Notes: a model not told the origin generated them from the letters alone. DNA of 64,000 nt from Mobula hypostoma (GCF_963921235.1 NC_086108.1:32614001-32678000), one strand, 5' to 3'; shown: positions 12,176 to 26,800, counted from the stretch's first letter. A program made the numbers and translations.

Positions 12176-14110
12176 AAATGATTGGGATGATCCAAAGATT
12201 GGGTGCCCAGCAGATAGACTTGGAAACCCATACAAATGAATTTGTTCATTGTTATACTAAATTAGGAGACAGTCACTTAGAAATTTTCAAATAATATTCA
12301 AGCGTCATACAGGTCACTAAAACTCTTTATTCTTTCTCCACATCCTCCCATCACTCCCAAATCCTGATCTACGTACACCAGAGCATTCCTATGGCAAAGA
12401 AGGAATGAATCAAGAACAAAATGAAAGACCACAGAAGTTAATCCTACTGTACCCAATGTTCAGGCATGCAGTTTTTTCTAGGTGGATTTAGTGAAGTAGT
12501 AGCTTCCCTGGTGCTGAACTGTTGACAGAGCTCCATAATAGAGTGTAGTGAGCCTAGGGGCTTTTTATTTGGTTCACAAATTCAGGATTTTCATCACTAG
12601 GATTCCATAAATATTGAGCATGCATGGAATTTCTTATTTTGTTGGATATAATTCCCAATACTGGGTCTTTCCCGAAGTTTTTAGTGGATTTCATTTTTCA
12701 CATAAGATCCAAGGAAATAGGAACAATAGAAGGCTGGCCTCCTGCTTTGTTCAGTAAGTTCATAGTTGATGCACTACCCTAAGTGCATCTTCCCTTAATT
12801 ACCATTATGATGACCAAATATACATTGTTCATTTTAACCACCAATATAACTGTATTTGTAGTCCTCTTTGCAGACTTCTCCAAAGGTTCATTATATTATG
12901 ATTACAAATGTTTTACCTAAGCTCTATGTGACCTATATTTTATCTTGAAATAATACTCTGTAATTTAGACTCTCCTAAGAGAGGTGTAGGCATCCCATTA
13001 TCTGTATAGTAATCCTTACAAATTCTTACTGATTTCAATGTAGAACTCCTAATTCTTTTGAATTTCTGTGAGAATATGTGCACTGGCTCTTCTCATAGGC
13101 AAACCCATTGTACAGGAAACTACCTGTTGAATCCATGCTGCGTCACTTCTAACATCAAGTATATCTTTCCCAAGGAACAGAAAGAGCAGAACCACGCAGA
13201 TTACTCATAGAATACCACTTAAGATAATTTGGTTTCAGCAAATTGGTCCAATTGCAGCAAAACTTCCCCTTCTCTTTCTTTCTTGCTGTACCTAGATCTT
13301 ACAATCTCAAAACCCTGCCCAGACTAGCATTTACACAACTCTACTACATAAATTCTTGTTTTCCCATTCTTCTTCACATTGGTATCTTCTCTTACTACAT
13401 CTGCCTATCACAAGCCGTTTCACTGTATCTCAATAAATAAAATTAAAACTTTGTATCCTGTTTCTATACTATATCCTATATACTTGAGGAGGAGCTTAGG
13501 AGGGTTAATGGTGCCTAACGGGGACTCTTTTGCTTACATCTTCAGAAACAGCTCTATTTCCATCCTTAATATCTCTATTTTTCCCTTTCAGGGTTTTTTT
13601 GAAGACCCTGACCTGGAGTTACACACTTGACTAGGGTTCTTTGCAGGAATGGGACCTGTTCTCGGTGTTTCACGACTGGCCATTATTCAACATGCCAAGG
13701 GCTCAGCCTAAGAGCTTCCAAGGCTCTGTGCCCAGAGACCCGAGATCTTTGGGCACAGAGCTTGGAAAAAGCAATGCAATGGACTTTTTAAACAGCGTAA
13801 ACCAGTGAGCTGTTTGTTATATCTCCCATCTCATTGTGAAATGGAGACAACTCTTTCTCCCTTATTAGGGAGAGAGAGAATTTGTAGTACAGGATGTCAA
13901 ATACCGGGTGAACTAGCAGTCTTTGGGGTACTGCAAGTCTGTGTCTTTGTGTTGCTTTGCTCATGCTTGAGTGCTTGGTGGCGGGTGCTGATGCTTTTTT
14001 TTAGCCAGTGGGGGGAGGAGGGATTGTTGCTTGCTGCCACTTACACATGGGGGGGGGTTAGAGGAGGGGAGCTGGGGGTTTCTAATATTTAACTGTCACT
14101 TCTTCTTTAG

Positions 14111-14402
14111 TGGTGTGGCGCATGGCCAAGTGGTTAGGGCGTTGGACTAGTGATCTGAAGATCGTGGGTTCGAACCTCAGCTGAGGCAGCGTATGTGTCC
14201 TTGAGCAAGACACTTAACCACACAATGCTCCAGTCTACCCAGCTGAGAATGGGTACCGGCAAAAATGCTGGGGGTTAACCTCGCGATAGACTGGCGTCCT
14301 ATCTGGGGGGGGGGAGTCTTGTACTCTCAGTCGCTTCATGCCACAGAAACCGGCATAAACACTGGCCTGATGGGCCACAAGGCTCGTGACAGACTTTAAT
14401 CT
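14111..14402 (+). mobile_element. tRNA-derived SINE with a CORE-like segment, inserted in a non-autonomous LINE-like repeat (about 13590-14505)
   Basis: A box TGGCCAAGTGG, B box GGTTCGAACCT, then gtgtccttgagcaagacacttaacc. Confidence 0.8.
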
Positions 14403-14509
14403 TATTCTTTGGGGGCACTTCTCCGTTTTCATGGATGGTTGCGAAGAAAAAGCATTTCAGGATGTATATTGTATACATTTCTCTGACATTAAATGTACCT
14501 TTGAAACTT

Positions 14510-15445
14510 CTGATATCATCATTCTCTTCACCTCCAAATGGATCCTACCTCCAAACATATCTTTATGTCCCTTTCCTCTGCTTTCCATAGATATCGCTCC
14601 CTCCACGATTCCCTTGTCCATTTGTCCCCCCACGACAATAAATCTGCCTCCCAGCACTTATCCCTGCAAGCAGCCAAAATGCCACAACTGGTCATTCATC
14701 TCCTCCCTCAACTTCATTCAAGGCCACAAACAGTCCTTCCAGGTGAGGCAACACTTCACCAGTGAATCTGCTGGGCTTGTCTATTGTGTCTGATGCTCTC
14801 AATGTGGCCTCCTCTACCTTGTTGAGACCCATTGTAAATTTTGGACCCTTTCGTTGAGCACCTCCATTCCATCCGCCACAAGCAGAACTTCCTGGTGGCC
14901 AAACGTTTTAATTCCAGTTCCCATTCCCATTCTGACAAGTTTGCCCATGACCTCCAATTATGCCACGATGAGGTCATGCTCAGGGTCGAAGAGCAACATC
15001 TTGTATTCCTCTAGGTAGCCTCCAACCTGATGGCATGAGTATTGATTTCTGCTTCAGGTAAAAAAATTCTCTCCCCCTCACCCCTTCTTTTATTCCCCAC
15101 TCTGTTCTGTTACATCTTCTCATCTGCCTATCACATCCCCCTGGGTCCCCTCCCCCTTCCCTTTCTCCTGTGGTCCACTCTCCTTTCAGATCAAATTCTT
15201 TCCTCTCCAGCCCTTTACCTTTCCCATCCACCTGGCTTTACCTATCACCTTATAGTTATCCTCCTTCCCCAACCCCAAATTTTAATTGTGGCATCTTCTT
15301 CTTTCCTTTCCAGGCCTGAAGAAGGGTCTTGACCTGAAACGTCAACCGTGTATTCATTTCCATAAATGCTGCCTGACCTGCTGAGTTCCTCTAGCAATTT
15401 GCATGTGTTGCTTTGGATTTCCAGTATTTGCAGAATTTCTTGTAT
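14510..15445 (+). mobile_element. Penelope-like 3' fragment (GIY-YIG region plus terminal repeat)
   Basis: Translation TYPCKQPKC..SFQVRQHFTSESAGLVYCV; terminal repeat with a hammerhead-like core at about 15312-15347. Confidence 0.82.
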
Positions 15446-15468
15446 TTATATCCTATGTAGAGTCTTTG

Positions 15469-16094
15469 TGGTGTCAGGATGGTTGCCGTGATGCATCTTA
15501 GTGTGGTAGTGTAGTGGATAGCGCTTGTCGCTCTCACTCTCAGCTTTCACGCTGGCTAGCAGTCTTGTGAAAATGAGAGCTGAGTGTGTAAGTCTCTCCC
15601 TGCCAGTACAAACTCTCTCCAACAGCAAGCCTCATGTGGTGGTGACACACAGAGACTGAACTCCTTTTAGACTCAGGCTGAACTGCAGAGAACGGGGAGG
15701 AGGTCTGGCTCCTGCACACGTAGCATGCAGGCTCACCGGTGTGTGGACACACTCTGGTGCTCGTGAACCAGATCCCCAGCTATGGGTAAACAGCCCCACT
15801 GCCTTGTGGGCAGCCTCGGGAGAGATGAGGGCTAACGGTAGTAGGCCCAGACAGCCAATCCGGAGTGGAGCCCCCAAAGGCGGCTGCAAGTCATTGAACA
15901 TCCTTCCGACAGCTCCTGCAATCAGGCTGGTGCCAAACGTATTGCTACATTAGCTTTGCTCTGGACTACAATGGTGAGGCCGAGAGGGGGATCTTGGAGA
16001 CTGGGCATCTCAGGATCTCCATATCTTCAGCCCAGGCTTGTGATGGTGTTGATCATCACTCATTGTCCTTCAAGACAGACAGATGCCAAACACC
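15469..16094 (+). mobile_element. 626-bp non-autonomous retroelement, probably RTE-derived, with 10-bp TSD
   Basis: TSD agagtctttg at 15459-15468 and 16095-16104; GC-rich non-coding body resembling RTE/Expander 5' UTRs (family assignment from memory). Confidence 0.6.
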
Positions 16095-16474
16095 AGAGTC
16101 TTTGCAGCTTCTTCTTTTAGTTAGGCTTAACCAACAATCTTTGTGTATTATTTTAAGTTATTACTATAGATTTATAAATATCTAAGGATCCATTGCTGGT
16201 CATTGAGCACCCCACTGGGAAAAAAAAACTCTTTTACTGATACTCTGTTTTATGTCCTTTTATCAATCCTCTAGCAATGCACCTGATCCTGTGAGCCCTT
16301 ATTTTGTGGAAACTTTTGTATGATATCCTTTGTGAGTCAAGTACAAATCTAAATGCATTGATTCCACAACTTTTTAAATTATACATTTGAAGGCAATTTG
16401 AATTTGACTTTAATGGGATGAGTAACAAGTCTGTCCCAAAATGCCTTTGGTGCTTGTTTCCTCTCTAACGTCTA

Positions 16475-16865
16475 CTGTAGTGTAGTGGTTAGCACAACAT
16501 CATTATCGTTTGGGGCACTAGAATTCAGAGTTCAATTTCGATGTCATCTGGAAGGAGTCTGTATTTCCTCCCCATGGAATGTGTAGGTTTTCTCTGGGTG
16601 CTCCGGTTTCCTCCCATGTAAAGATGTACTGATCATTGTAAATTGCCCCACGTTTGTTCTGGAAGGAAAAGCCTCATCTTGAAAGCAGATGCAGAGGAGA
16701 CGGAGGAACTCAGAAAAGCGATTGGCATTTTTGCAAGTGACAGGGTGGGAAGCGATATAGTCCAGATAGCAGTGAGACTCAGTGGGTTTATTAAAAATAT
16801 CAGTAGATAGACTGTCTCCAGAGATGCAGACAGAGAGGTCAAGAAAGGGAAGAGCAGTGCCTGAG
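16475..16865. mobile_element. V-SINE fragment (+) abutting a Penelope RT fragment (-)
   Basis: gtagtgtagtggttagcac...gggtgctccggtttcctccc (V domain); minus strand reads LPFLDLSV..LSTDIFNKPTESHCYLDY. Confidence 0.7.
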
Positions 16866-18554
16866 CTTGTTAAGAATGTGATAACAGGAGTTGATAAATA
16901 GCCCCAAGGTCTTGCTCCCATTCATTTAATTCATAGCTGTTTTGCACCTTAACTGCTCTAGCCCTCATCTGCTGCATGTTCCTTGAGAGCCTTACCCAAA
17001 AAGGGTCTTACATGACCAGTGGAAAAGCAAAATACTGCAGATGCTGGAAATCAGAAATATAAGTGGGATATGCTGGTAATTACTGGTGTGCCAGACATAA
17101 TTGTGAAGGGAGAGTGACAACATAAATGTCTCAACTAGATCTAGTGTCAGCTATGTCCGAGTGCTGGTCTGACATTTGAGTCATAGGACACTTGCATGCT
17201 CTCTAGGTCTGACCAGTAATATATAACAATTTCTGCATCTCTGGAGACTTCATGGAGCCACCTTTGCGTAGCCAAGAGTAGAATTTACGTCAAAGAGATG
17301 ACATGATCCGATTCTACAAATGATTTTGGGCAAGTGCTCATAGGCAGCCAACATCAAGGGCTGTCCATGTGCTAGTTGAAATCTACAATGCTCAGGTGTC
17401 AGAGTGGGTGCTCTCGGAAAGATCCAAAGCATGGTTGATAGGAGGTTCAGGTCCTGTTGGGTTGTGCGCTTCAGGTCAGCACTGAGGGAGTGCTGTGTGC
17501 TGCCATATTATGAGAGTGTTGCAGCCAGTGGAGTCACCTTCCAGACAAGATACGAAGCTCAAGCCTTTCGAGATGAACCTTTGTGCACGAATGATCCCAT
17601 GGCACTATTCAAAGGCGAGTAGGAGTGTTTTCTGTTCAGTACTCCAGCCAGTATCTAATTCTGATATCTAACCCTCAGCGTATAAACTGGTCATTTTTTT
17701 TCCCACTATCACTTGAGGGAAGTAGTTCTACTTAAATTGGCAGCCACATAGTTTACAATACAACAGTACTACAAAATTAACGACACATCAGCGATATTTC
17801 TGCCACTGCCTGTAAAGAGTTTGTACCGTATGTTCTCCCCATGACTGCATGGGTTTCCTCTGGGTACTTTGGTTTTCTCCCACAGTCCAAGGATGTACTG
17901 TTTGGTAGGTTAATTGGTCCCATGATGAGGCTGGTGTTAAATCAGGGGTTGCTGGGCGGCACAGTGTGAAGGGACAGATGGGTCTACTGTGCCCTATATC
18001 TCATTAACTAAGATTTTAAAAATGTAAAAAAACATAGAACACTTTGTGAAGTCCTGGGGACCATGAATGGAATCATGCAAATGCAAAAAAAAAACCCTAA
18101 AGATAGGAAATAACCAATAGTTCAAGCAGTGTCTGTGGAGAAAGAAAAACTCAGTTAACATAAGAGCTTTCTGATATAAATTAACATCTCTCATCAAAAT
18201 CTTATTCTTATTTTTATGACATTTTGTTGCAGAAGAAAGTTATCTTTAGGTTTGTTCCAGTTAATATTATTTATTATTAAAGTCATTTATAGTCTGCATT
18301 GCTTTCAACACAGTAGTACAGGTAGTGGTGTTGTTGCCTCACAGCTCACGGGCCTAGGCACAATGCTGACCTCCAGTGCTGTTCGTCTCCCTATGACTAT
18401 GCGGGTTTTCCCCAAGTTCTTCAGTTTTCTCCCCACTTCCCAAGTTGGGAGGTTATTTGGCCAATTACATTGCCTCAGGTGAGTGGTAGAGTCTGTGGGA
18501 AGGGAGGGGAAGGTGGGATTAATGTCGGATTACAGTAAATAAGTGATTAAAATA

Positions 18555-18905
18555 TAGAACAGAACAGTACAGCAACAGGGCTCTTCAGCCCACAATGTTG
18601 TGTCGAACCTGCTAAAAAGCAAATCAGAAACACCCGAAATCTAATCCCTCCTACCTGCACAGTGTACATATCCCTCCACCTTCCTCATACTCATGTGCCT
18701 AGCTAAACATCTCTTAAAAGTCTCTGATGTATTTGCCTCTACCCCCACACCAGGCAGTGCATTCCAGGCATCCACCACTCTCTCGAGTAAAAAGCTTACC
18801 CCTCACATCCCTTTTGAACCTACCCCCTCCCACCTTCAATGCATGCCCTCTGGAGTTAGACATTTCCACCCTGTGAAACAGATACTCCCTCTTTACTCTA
18901 TCTGA
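18555..18905 (-). mobile_element. CR1 3' fragment
   Basis: Translation SNSRGHALKVGGGRFKRDVRGKLFT; 3' UTR tail. Confidence 0.85.
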
Positions 18906-19770
18906 TGATAACATTGTTGGGTTTCAAGAAAAGGTTGACTTGAATTGAATTGAATTGAAAAAAATCAAGATAATTGCAATTAATGTTTAATTTGCTACTA
19001 TGTTTATATTACCATTCTTTGCTGAAAATCGACAAATAAAGTGATGCAGAGTTAAATGACAGTAGAAACTTTTAAGTGTACTTAGTTCTGTATTCTTCAT
19101 GCTGCTGTTTTCGTATCTGAATTAATAATCTACGGTGGCTTCAAAATTTCAATTCAGCTCAGTAAATCCTGACGTTAAAATGATGAAATTAGCAAACAGC
19201 TGGATTATTGTAAAAGCACAATTGTGTCAATAACGTCCTTAAGGTAAAGAATCTATTTCATTGTGATGTTATTAAGTGGCAGCGATTTGATTGTTCTTTG
19301 AAATGGCATAGGAAAGTGTTTAATCATTTCAGCCAAGTAAGGCAGCATTTTACGAGGGGATAGACAATAAGTTTCAGCCTGGACAATGGTGCTCATGTCA
19401 CGTGGCCAAGCAAATTTAATGAAATTATTTTGTGTGGATCTACATACGTGGAATCAGTAGGTCATTCAGTCTCTCGTATCTGGCCTACCATTCAATAAAA
19501 TCATGACTGATCTTTTCCCTCAGCACAACTTTTCTGCATCAACTTCGTACTTTCTGATTCTTGAATGTTGTGAAGTACTTTCCTCCACCATCTCCTCAAG
19601 CAGTGCACTCTGGATTATAATCACTTCTAGGTCAGGAAATTCTTCCTCCGATCCACTCCAAACCTCTTACTCCTCACCTTAAACCTACACTCTTTGGCTT
19701 CAGACTCCTCTGCATAGGGAAAAGTTTCTTATGATCTACCCTATCTGTGTCTCTCCATCTCCATCTAGAT

Positions 19771-19847
19771 CTGGGGTTCCCAGACTTCTTATGCCATGGA
19801 CCAATACATTAGGCAAAGGGTCTGGAGACCCTCGTTGGGAACCCTTG
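19771..19847. mobile_element. 77-bp hAT (Charlie-like) MITE
   Basis: Ends ctggggttccca / tgggaacccttg; near-identical 8-bp TSD atctagat / atttagat. Confidence 0.7.
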
Positions 19848-20079
19848 ATTTAGATATCCCCTTCCCTCCCATGTTCCTCCGTGCTAAAGAAAACGTTCCC
19901 AGTCTTTCCAGTTTCTCCTAGTGGATGTCCTGTGCACCCTTTTCAGTACAATCACATCTTTCTGTAGTGTGGCAACTGGAATTGTATATTCCAGTGGTGG
20001 CCCTACCAATGTGTTTTGAAATTGTATCATGACCACCTGCACTTATATTCTATACCTTGGCTAATGAAGGCAACCGTCC

Positions 20080-23000
20080 CATGTCGGGACAGAAGACAGT
20101 GCCAGTCTGAGAGGTGGACAGGTCTGCGAGTCAACAATTGGCGCTGAGGCAAAGCCGAGGAGACAGACGTCAGGCAGAGCTGTGGTAGTAGGGGACTCCA
20201 TTGTGAGAGGTACAGAAAGGGGTTTCTGTGGCAACAGGCGAGATTTAAGGATGGTGTGTTGCCTCCCTGGTGCCGGGATCCAGGATGTCACGGACCGATT
20301 GCAGGGAATCCTCAAGAGTGAAGGTGAACATCTGGAAGTGGTGGTGCATGTCGGCACAAATGACGTGGGGAAGAAGAGGAAAGACATTCTACAGCGCGAC
20401 TTCAGAGAACTCGGAAGAAGGCTGAAAAGCAGGACTTCCAGGGTGGTCATCTCCCGTTTGCTTCCAGTTCCCCGTGCTGGAGTGGGCAAGAACAGGGAGA
20501 TAATGGACCTGAATGTGTGACTGAGGAACTGGTGCAGGAAGCAAGGGTTTACATTCTTGGACCACTGGGATATGTTTCGGGGTAAGGATGAATTGTACAA
20601 AAGGGATGGGTTGCACCTTAATAAGCGGGGCACCAGCATTCTGGCAGGCAGGTTTGCCTCTGCAACATGGGTGTGTTTAAACTAAGTTGTGGGGGGGAGG
20701 GGACGAACTGGAAACATAAGGATGGAGATAAAGGGAAAGTGAGAATAAGAAAAGTTAAGAAAGACAGCAGAATCAACAGAGCAGAAAGCTCAAGAAGGGA
20801 TCGTACAGTATGGCCAAGTGAAATAGGAACTGATATGGGAGGTGAGAGGAGTAATAAATTAAAAGAATTGTATATGAATGCACGGAGTATAAGAAATAAA
20901 GTAGATGGGCTTGAAGCACAGTTGGAAATTGGTAAGTATGATGCTGTGGGAATAACAGAGACATGGCTTCAAGTGGACAGGGCCTGGGAAATGAATATTC
21001 AAGGAGTATACGTCCTATCGAAAGGACAGACTGATGGGCAGAGAGGGTGGGGTGGCTCTGTTGGTGAGGAATGATATTCAGTCGCTTGCGAGGGGGGACA
21101 TAGAATCAGGAGACGTAGAGTCAGTATGGATAGAACTGAGAAATTCTAAGGGTAGAAAGACCCTAATGGGAGTTATCTACAGGCCCCCAAACAGTAGTCT
21201 GGATGTAGGTTGTAAGTTGAATCAAGAGTTAAAATTGGCATGTCGCAAAGGTAATGCTACAGTTGTTATGGGGGATTTCAACATGCAGGTAAACTGGAGG
21301 AATCAGGTTGGTACTGGACCCCAAGAAAGGGAGTTTGTGGAGTCCCTCCGAGATGGGATTCTTAGAACAGCTTGTACTGGAGCCTACCAGAGAGAATGCA
21401 ATTCTAGATTTAGTGTTGTGCAATGAACCGGATTTGATCAGGGACCTTGAGGCAAAGGAGCCATTAGAAGGTAGTGACCATAATATGATAAGATTTAATC
21501 TACAATTTGAGAGGGAGAAGGGAAACTCAGAAGTGTCAGTATTACAGTTGAACAAGAGGAACTATGGTGCTATGGGGGAGGAGCTGGCCAAAGTTCAATG
21601 GAACAATACCCCAGCAGGGATGACAGTGGAACAGCAATGGCAAGTGTTTCTGGGAATAATGCAGAAGGTGCAGGATCAGTTCGTTTCAAAGAGGAAGAAA
21701 GATCCTAAGGGGAGTAAGAGGAGGCCATGGCTGACAAGGGAAGTAATGGACAGTATAAAAATAAAAGAGAAGAAGTATATTGGGAAACTTTTAAAGAGCA
21801 ACAGAAGGTAACTAAAAAGGCAATACGCGGAGAAAAAATGAGGTACAAAGGTAAACTAGCCAAGAATATAAAGGAGGATAGTAAAAGCTTCTTTAGGTAT
21901 GTGAAAAGGAAAAAAATAGTTAAGACCAAAATTGCACCCTTGAATACAGAAGCAGGTGAATTTATTATGGGGAACAAGGAAATGGCAGACGAGTTGAACC
22001 GGTACTTTGGATCTGTCTTCACTAGGGAAGACACAAACAATCTCCCAGAAGTAATAGTGGCCAAAGGACCTAGGGTAATGGATGAATTGAAGGAAATTTA
22101 TATTAGGCAGGAATTGGTGTTGGATAGGCTGTTGGGTCTGAAGACTGATAAGTCCCCGGGACCTGATGGTCTGCATCCCAGGGTACTTAAGGAGGTGGCT
22201 TTAGAAATCGTGATGCATTGGTAATCATTTTCCAATGTTCTATAGATGCAGGATCAGTTCCTGTGGATTGGAGGGTGGCTAATATTGTCCCTCTCTTCAA
22301 GAAGGGAGGAAGAGAGAAAACAGGGAATTATAGACCGGTTAGCCTGACGTCGGTGGTGGGAAAGATGCTGGAGTCAATTACAAAAGATGAAATTAAGACA
22401 CATCTGGATAGTAGTAACAGGATTGGTCCGAGTCAGCATGGATTTACAAAGGGGAAATCGTGCTTGTCTGATCTTCTGGAATTTTTTGAGGATGTAACTG
22501 TGAAAATGGACAAGGGAGAGCCAGTGGATGTAGTGTACCTGGACTTCCAGAAAGCCTTTGATAAAGTCCCACATAGGAGATTAGTGGGCAAAATTAGGGC
22601 ACATGGTATTGGGGGCAGAGTACTGACATGGATTGAAAATTAGCTGGCTGACAGAAAACAAAGAGTAGCGATTAACGGGTCCCTTTCGGAATGGCAGATG
22701 CTGATCAGTGGGGTACCGCAGGGTTCAGCGCTGGGACCGCAGATGTTTACAATATATATTAATGATTTAGATGAGGGAATTAAAAGTAACATTAGCAAAT
22801 ATGCCGATGACACAAAGCTGGGTGGCAGTGTGAAATATGAGGGGGATATTATGAGAATGCAGGGTGACTTGGACAGGCTGGGTGAGTGGGCAGATGCATG
22901 GCAGATGCAGCTTAATGTGAATAAATGTGAGGTTATCCACTTTGGTGGTAAGAACGGGAAGGCAGATTATTATCTAAACGGAGTCAAGTTAGGAAAAGGG

Positions 23001-23340
23001 GAAGCACAACGAGATCTATGTGTTCTTGTACATCAGTCACTGAAAGCAAGCATGCAAGTACAGCAGGCAGTGAAGAAAGCTAATGGTATGCTGGCCTGCA
23101 TAACAAGGGGAATTGAGTATAAGAGCAAAGAGGTCCTTCTGCAGCTGTACAGAGCCCTGGTGAGACCACACCTGGAGTACTGTGTGTAGTTTTGGTCTCC
23201 AAATTTGAGGAAGGACATTCTTGCTATTGAGGGAGTGCAGCGTAGGTTCACAAGGTTAATTCCTGGGATGGCGGGACTGTCATATGTTGAAAGATTGGAG
23301 CAACTGGGCTTGTATACTCTGGAATTTAGAAGGCTGAGAA
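20080..23340 (+). mobile_element. CR1 LINE copy A (SGNH-esterase ORF1, APE endonuclease, RT); frameshifted and 3'-truncated
   Basis: Motifs VVGDSIVRG / VHVGTND / DGLHL, YMNARSI..ITETWL, MGDFN, SDHN, SPGPDG, YRPVSLTS, YLDFQKAFDKV, SGVPQGS and YADD; several stops and frameshifts. Confidence 0.95.
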
Positions 23341-23899
23341 ACAATATTCAACTTCTTTGTCTTTGTGATTTTGATACAACCTAATACCTTATTTGACTTT
23401 CATTCCACTTGTTCTGGAATTCATCAAATAATCCCACACTGCTGTTCTCTATATTGGACCATGTGTAAACCATTGATTCATAGTGAAGCTGTATGAAAAT
23501 TATCATTTAGCAAGACCATACCCAACATACAATTTAGAAGCAGTGTACATCTGAACGGTAGCCACTGTCTGTTTATAAAACTTCAGCAGGATGGCTATAT
23601 CAGGGAAATTATCAGAATCAGAATCAGTTTTATTATCACCGGCATGTGACGTGAAATTTGTTAACTTAGCGGCAGCAGTTCAATGCGATACATAATCTAG
23701 CAGAAAGAAAGAGAAAAAGTAATAATAAATAAAATAAAACATAATAAATAATCAAGTGAAAACGGCCAGTGAGTGAGTGGGCAGTGAAGGAGTGGAGTTT
23801 TGAGGCTTTGACTCGAGAGATTCTGGCAGTTTTGGCAGTTGGTCTGTGCAATCAAATCAATCAAGATTTGAATAGCTTAGACTCAGCAGAAAGCAGCTG

Positions 23900-26800
23900 A
23901 TTGGGCAATCGAGGTCAGGTGACCAAGCATTTTGAAAAACTCAAACAGATAAATAGAGGAGTAGCTCAAGCGGAGCGGCCTGTGGAAAGTGGCCAGTGAG
24001 TGAGTGGGCCAGTGAAGGAGTGGAGCTTTGAGGCTTTGACTTGAGAGGCTTTGACGATAAGAGACGGAGGATGAGTTTGTTCCCAGTTAGTCTTTACAAT
24101 GCCTCCTGAGACGGTGATGTGCCTCTCATGTGAGATATGGCAGTCTTGGGGAAACGCCCCTCTCCCGCAGAGTCACATCTGCCAGAAGTGCATACGGCTG
24201 GGCGATCTGGAAGACCATGTAAGGAATCTGGAGCAGCAGCTGGATGACCTTCGACTCATAAGGAAGAATGAGGCAGTCATAGATGAGAGCTACAGGGAGG
24301 TAGTCGCACCTAGGCTGTTGGAAGCAGGTCGTTGGGTGACAGTCAGAGGGGGGAAAGCGAAGTTGAGCAGACAGGTAGTGCAGAGCACCCCTGTAGCCAT
24401 TCACGTGAATAATAAGTTTACCGTCCTGGATACTGTTGGCAGAGACGACTAACCAAGTGTGAGCCATGGTGGCAGGGCCTCTGGCACTGATCTGACCCGG
24501 TGGTGCAGAAGGGTGGGACGGAGAAGAGGTGAGCTGTCGTCATTGGAGACTCTACAGTCAGGGGAGCAGAAAGGAGATTTTGTGTACGTGAGAAGGACAC
24601 CCACGTGGTTTGTTGCCTCCCGGGTGCCAGGGTCCAGGATGTCTGTGACCGGGTGCACGACATCCTGGTAGGAGAGGAAAAGCAACCAGAAGTCGTGATA
24701 CATGTTGGTACCAACGACATAGGCAGGAAGAGGGATGAGGTCCTGAAGTGTGAGTTTCAGGAACGAGGCAGCAGGCTGAAGTGCAGGACCTCAAGGGTAG
24801 CGTTCTCAGGATTGCTGCCAGTGCCACGTGATAGTGATGGTAAGAATTGGAGGAGATGGCAGTTGAATGCGTGGCTGAGGAGTTGGTGCAGGGAGCAGGG
24901 ATTTAGATTTTTGGATAATTGGGATCTCTTCTGGGGAAGGTGGGACCTGTACAGATTGGATGGGTTGCACCTGAACTCGAGGGGGAGCAATATCCTTGCA
25001 GGTAGGTTTGCTAGCATGGTTCGGGAGGGTTTAAACTAATTTGCAAGGGGGATGGGACCCGGAGTGATAGAGCAGTGAAAGAAGTGCATGGAGTAAAGCC
25101 AGATCTAACATATAGAGAGGCTTTGAGGAAAGAGAAGCAGAATAAACAGAGTAAAGGTAGTAAGGTAAAAGGGCTGAAGTGTGTGTACCTCAATGCAAGA
25201 AACATCAGGAACAAAGGTGATGAACTGAGAGCTTGGATACATACATGGAATTATGATGTAGTGGCCATTACAGAGACTTGGCTGGCACCAGGGCAGGAAT
25301 GGATTCTCAATATTCCTGGATTTCAGTGCTTTAAAAGGGATAGAGAGGGGGGAAAAGGGGAGGAGGGGTGGCATTACTGGTCAGAGATACTATTACAACT
25401 ACAGAAAAGGTGGGTAATGTAGCAGGATCTTCTTTTGAGTCAGTATGGGTGGAAGTCAGGAACAGGAAGGAAGCAGTTACTCTGTTGGGGTATTCTATAG
25501 GCCCCCTGGTAGCAGCAGAGATGCCGAGGAGCAGATTGGGAGGCAGAATTTGGAAAGGTGTGCAAAAATAACAGGGTTGTTATCATGGGTGACTTTAACT
25601 TCCCTAATATTGATTAGCACCTGATTAGTTCCAAGGGTTTAGATGGGGCAGAGTTTGTTAAGTGTGTCCAGGACAGATTCCTGTCACAGTATGTGGACAG
25701 GCTGACCAGGGGTAATGCCATACTAGATCTAGTATTAGGTAATGAACCTGGTCAGGTCACAGATCTCTCAATGGGTGAGCAACTGGGGGACAGTGACCAC
25801 CGCTCCCTGGCCTTTAGCATTATCATGGAAAAGGATAGAGTCAGAGAGGACAGGAAATTTTTTAATTAGGGAAGGGCAAATTATGAGGCTATAAGGCTAG
25901 AACTTGCGGGTGTGAATTGGGATGATGGTTTTGCAGGGAAATGTACTATGGACATGTGGTCGATGTTTAGAGATCTCTTGCAGGATGTTAGGGATAAATT
26001 TGTCCCGGTGAGGAGGATAAAGAATGGTAGGATGAAGGAACCATGGGTGACAAGTGAGGTGGAAAATCTAGTCAGGTGGAAGAAGGCAGCATACATGAGG
26101 TTTAGGAAGCAAGGATCAGATGTGTCTATTGAGGAATATAGGGTAGCAAGAAAGGAGCTTAAGGAGGGGCTGAGAAGAGCAAGAAGGGGGCATGAGAAGG
26201 CCTTGTTGAGTAGGGTAAAGGAAAAATCCAAGGCATTCTTCAATTATGTGAAGAAAAAAAGGATGACAAGAGTGAAGGCAGGAGTGATTAGAGATAAAAG
26301 TGGGAAGATGTGCCTGGAGGCTGTGGAAGTGAGCGAGGTCCTCAATAAATACTTCTCTTCAGTATTCACCAATGAGAGGGAACTTGATGATGGTGAGGAC
26401 AATATGAGTGAGGTTGATGTTCTGGAGCATGTTGATATTAAGGGAGAGGAGGTGTTGGAGTTGTTAAAATACATTAGGACGGATAAGTCCCCGGGGTCTG
26501 ATGGAATATTCCCCAGGCTGCTCCACGAGACGAGGGAAGAGACTGCTGAGCCTCTGGCTAGGATCTTTAAGTCCTCGTTGTCCATGGGAATGGTACCGGA
26601 GAATTGGAGGGAGGCGAATGTTGTCCCCTTGTTCAAAAAAGGTAGTAGGGATAGTCTGGGTAATTATAGACCAGTGAGCCTTACGTCTGTGGTGGGAAAG
26701 CTGTTGGAAAAGATTCTTAGAGATAGGATTTATGGGCATTTAGAGAATCATGGTCTGATCAGGGACAGTCAGCATGGCTTTGTGGAGGGCAGATCGTGTC

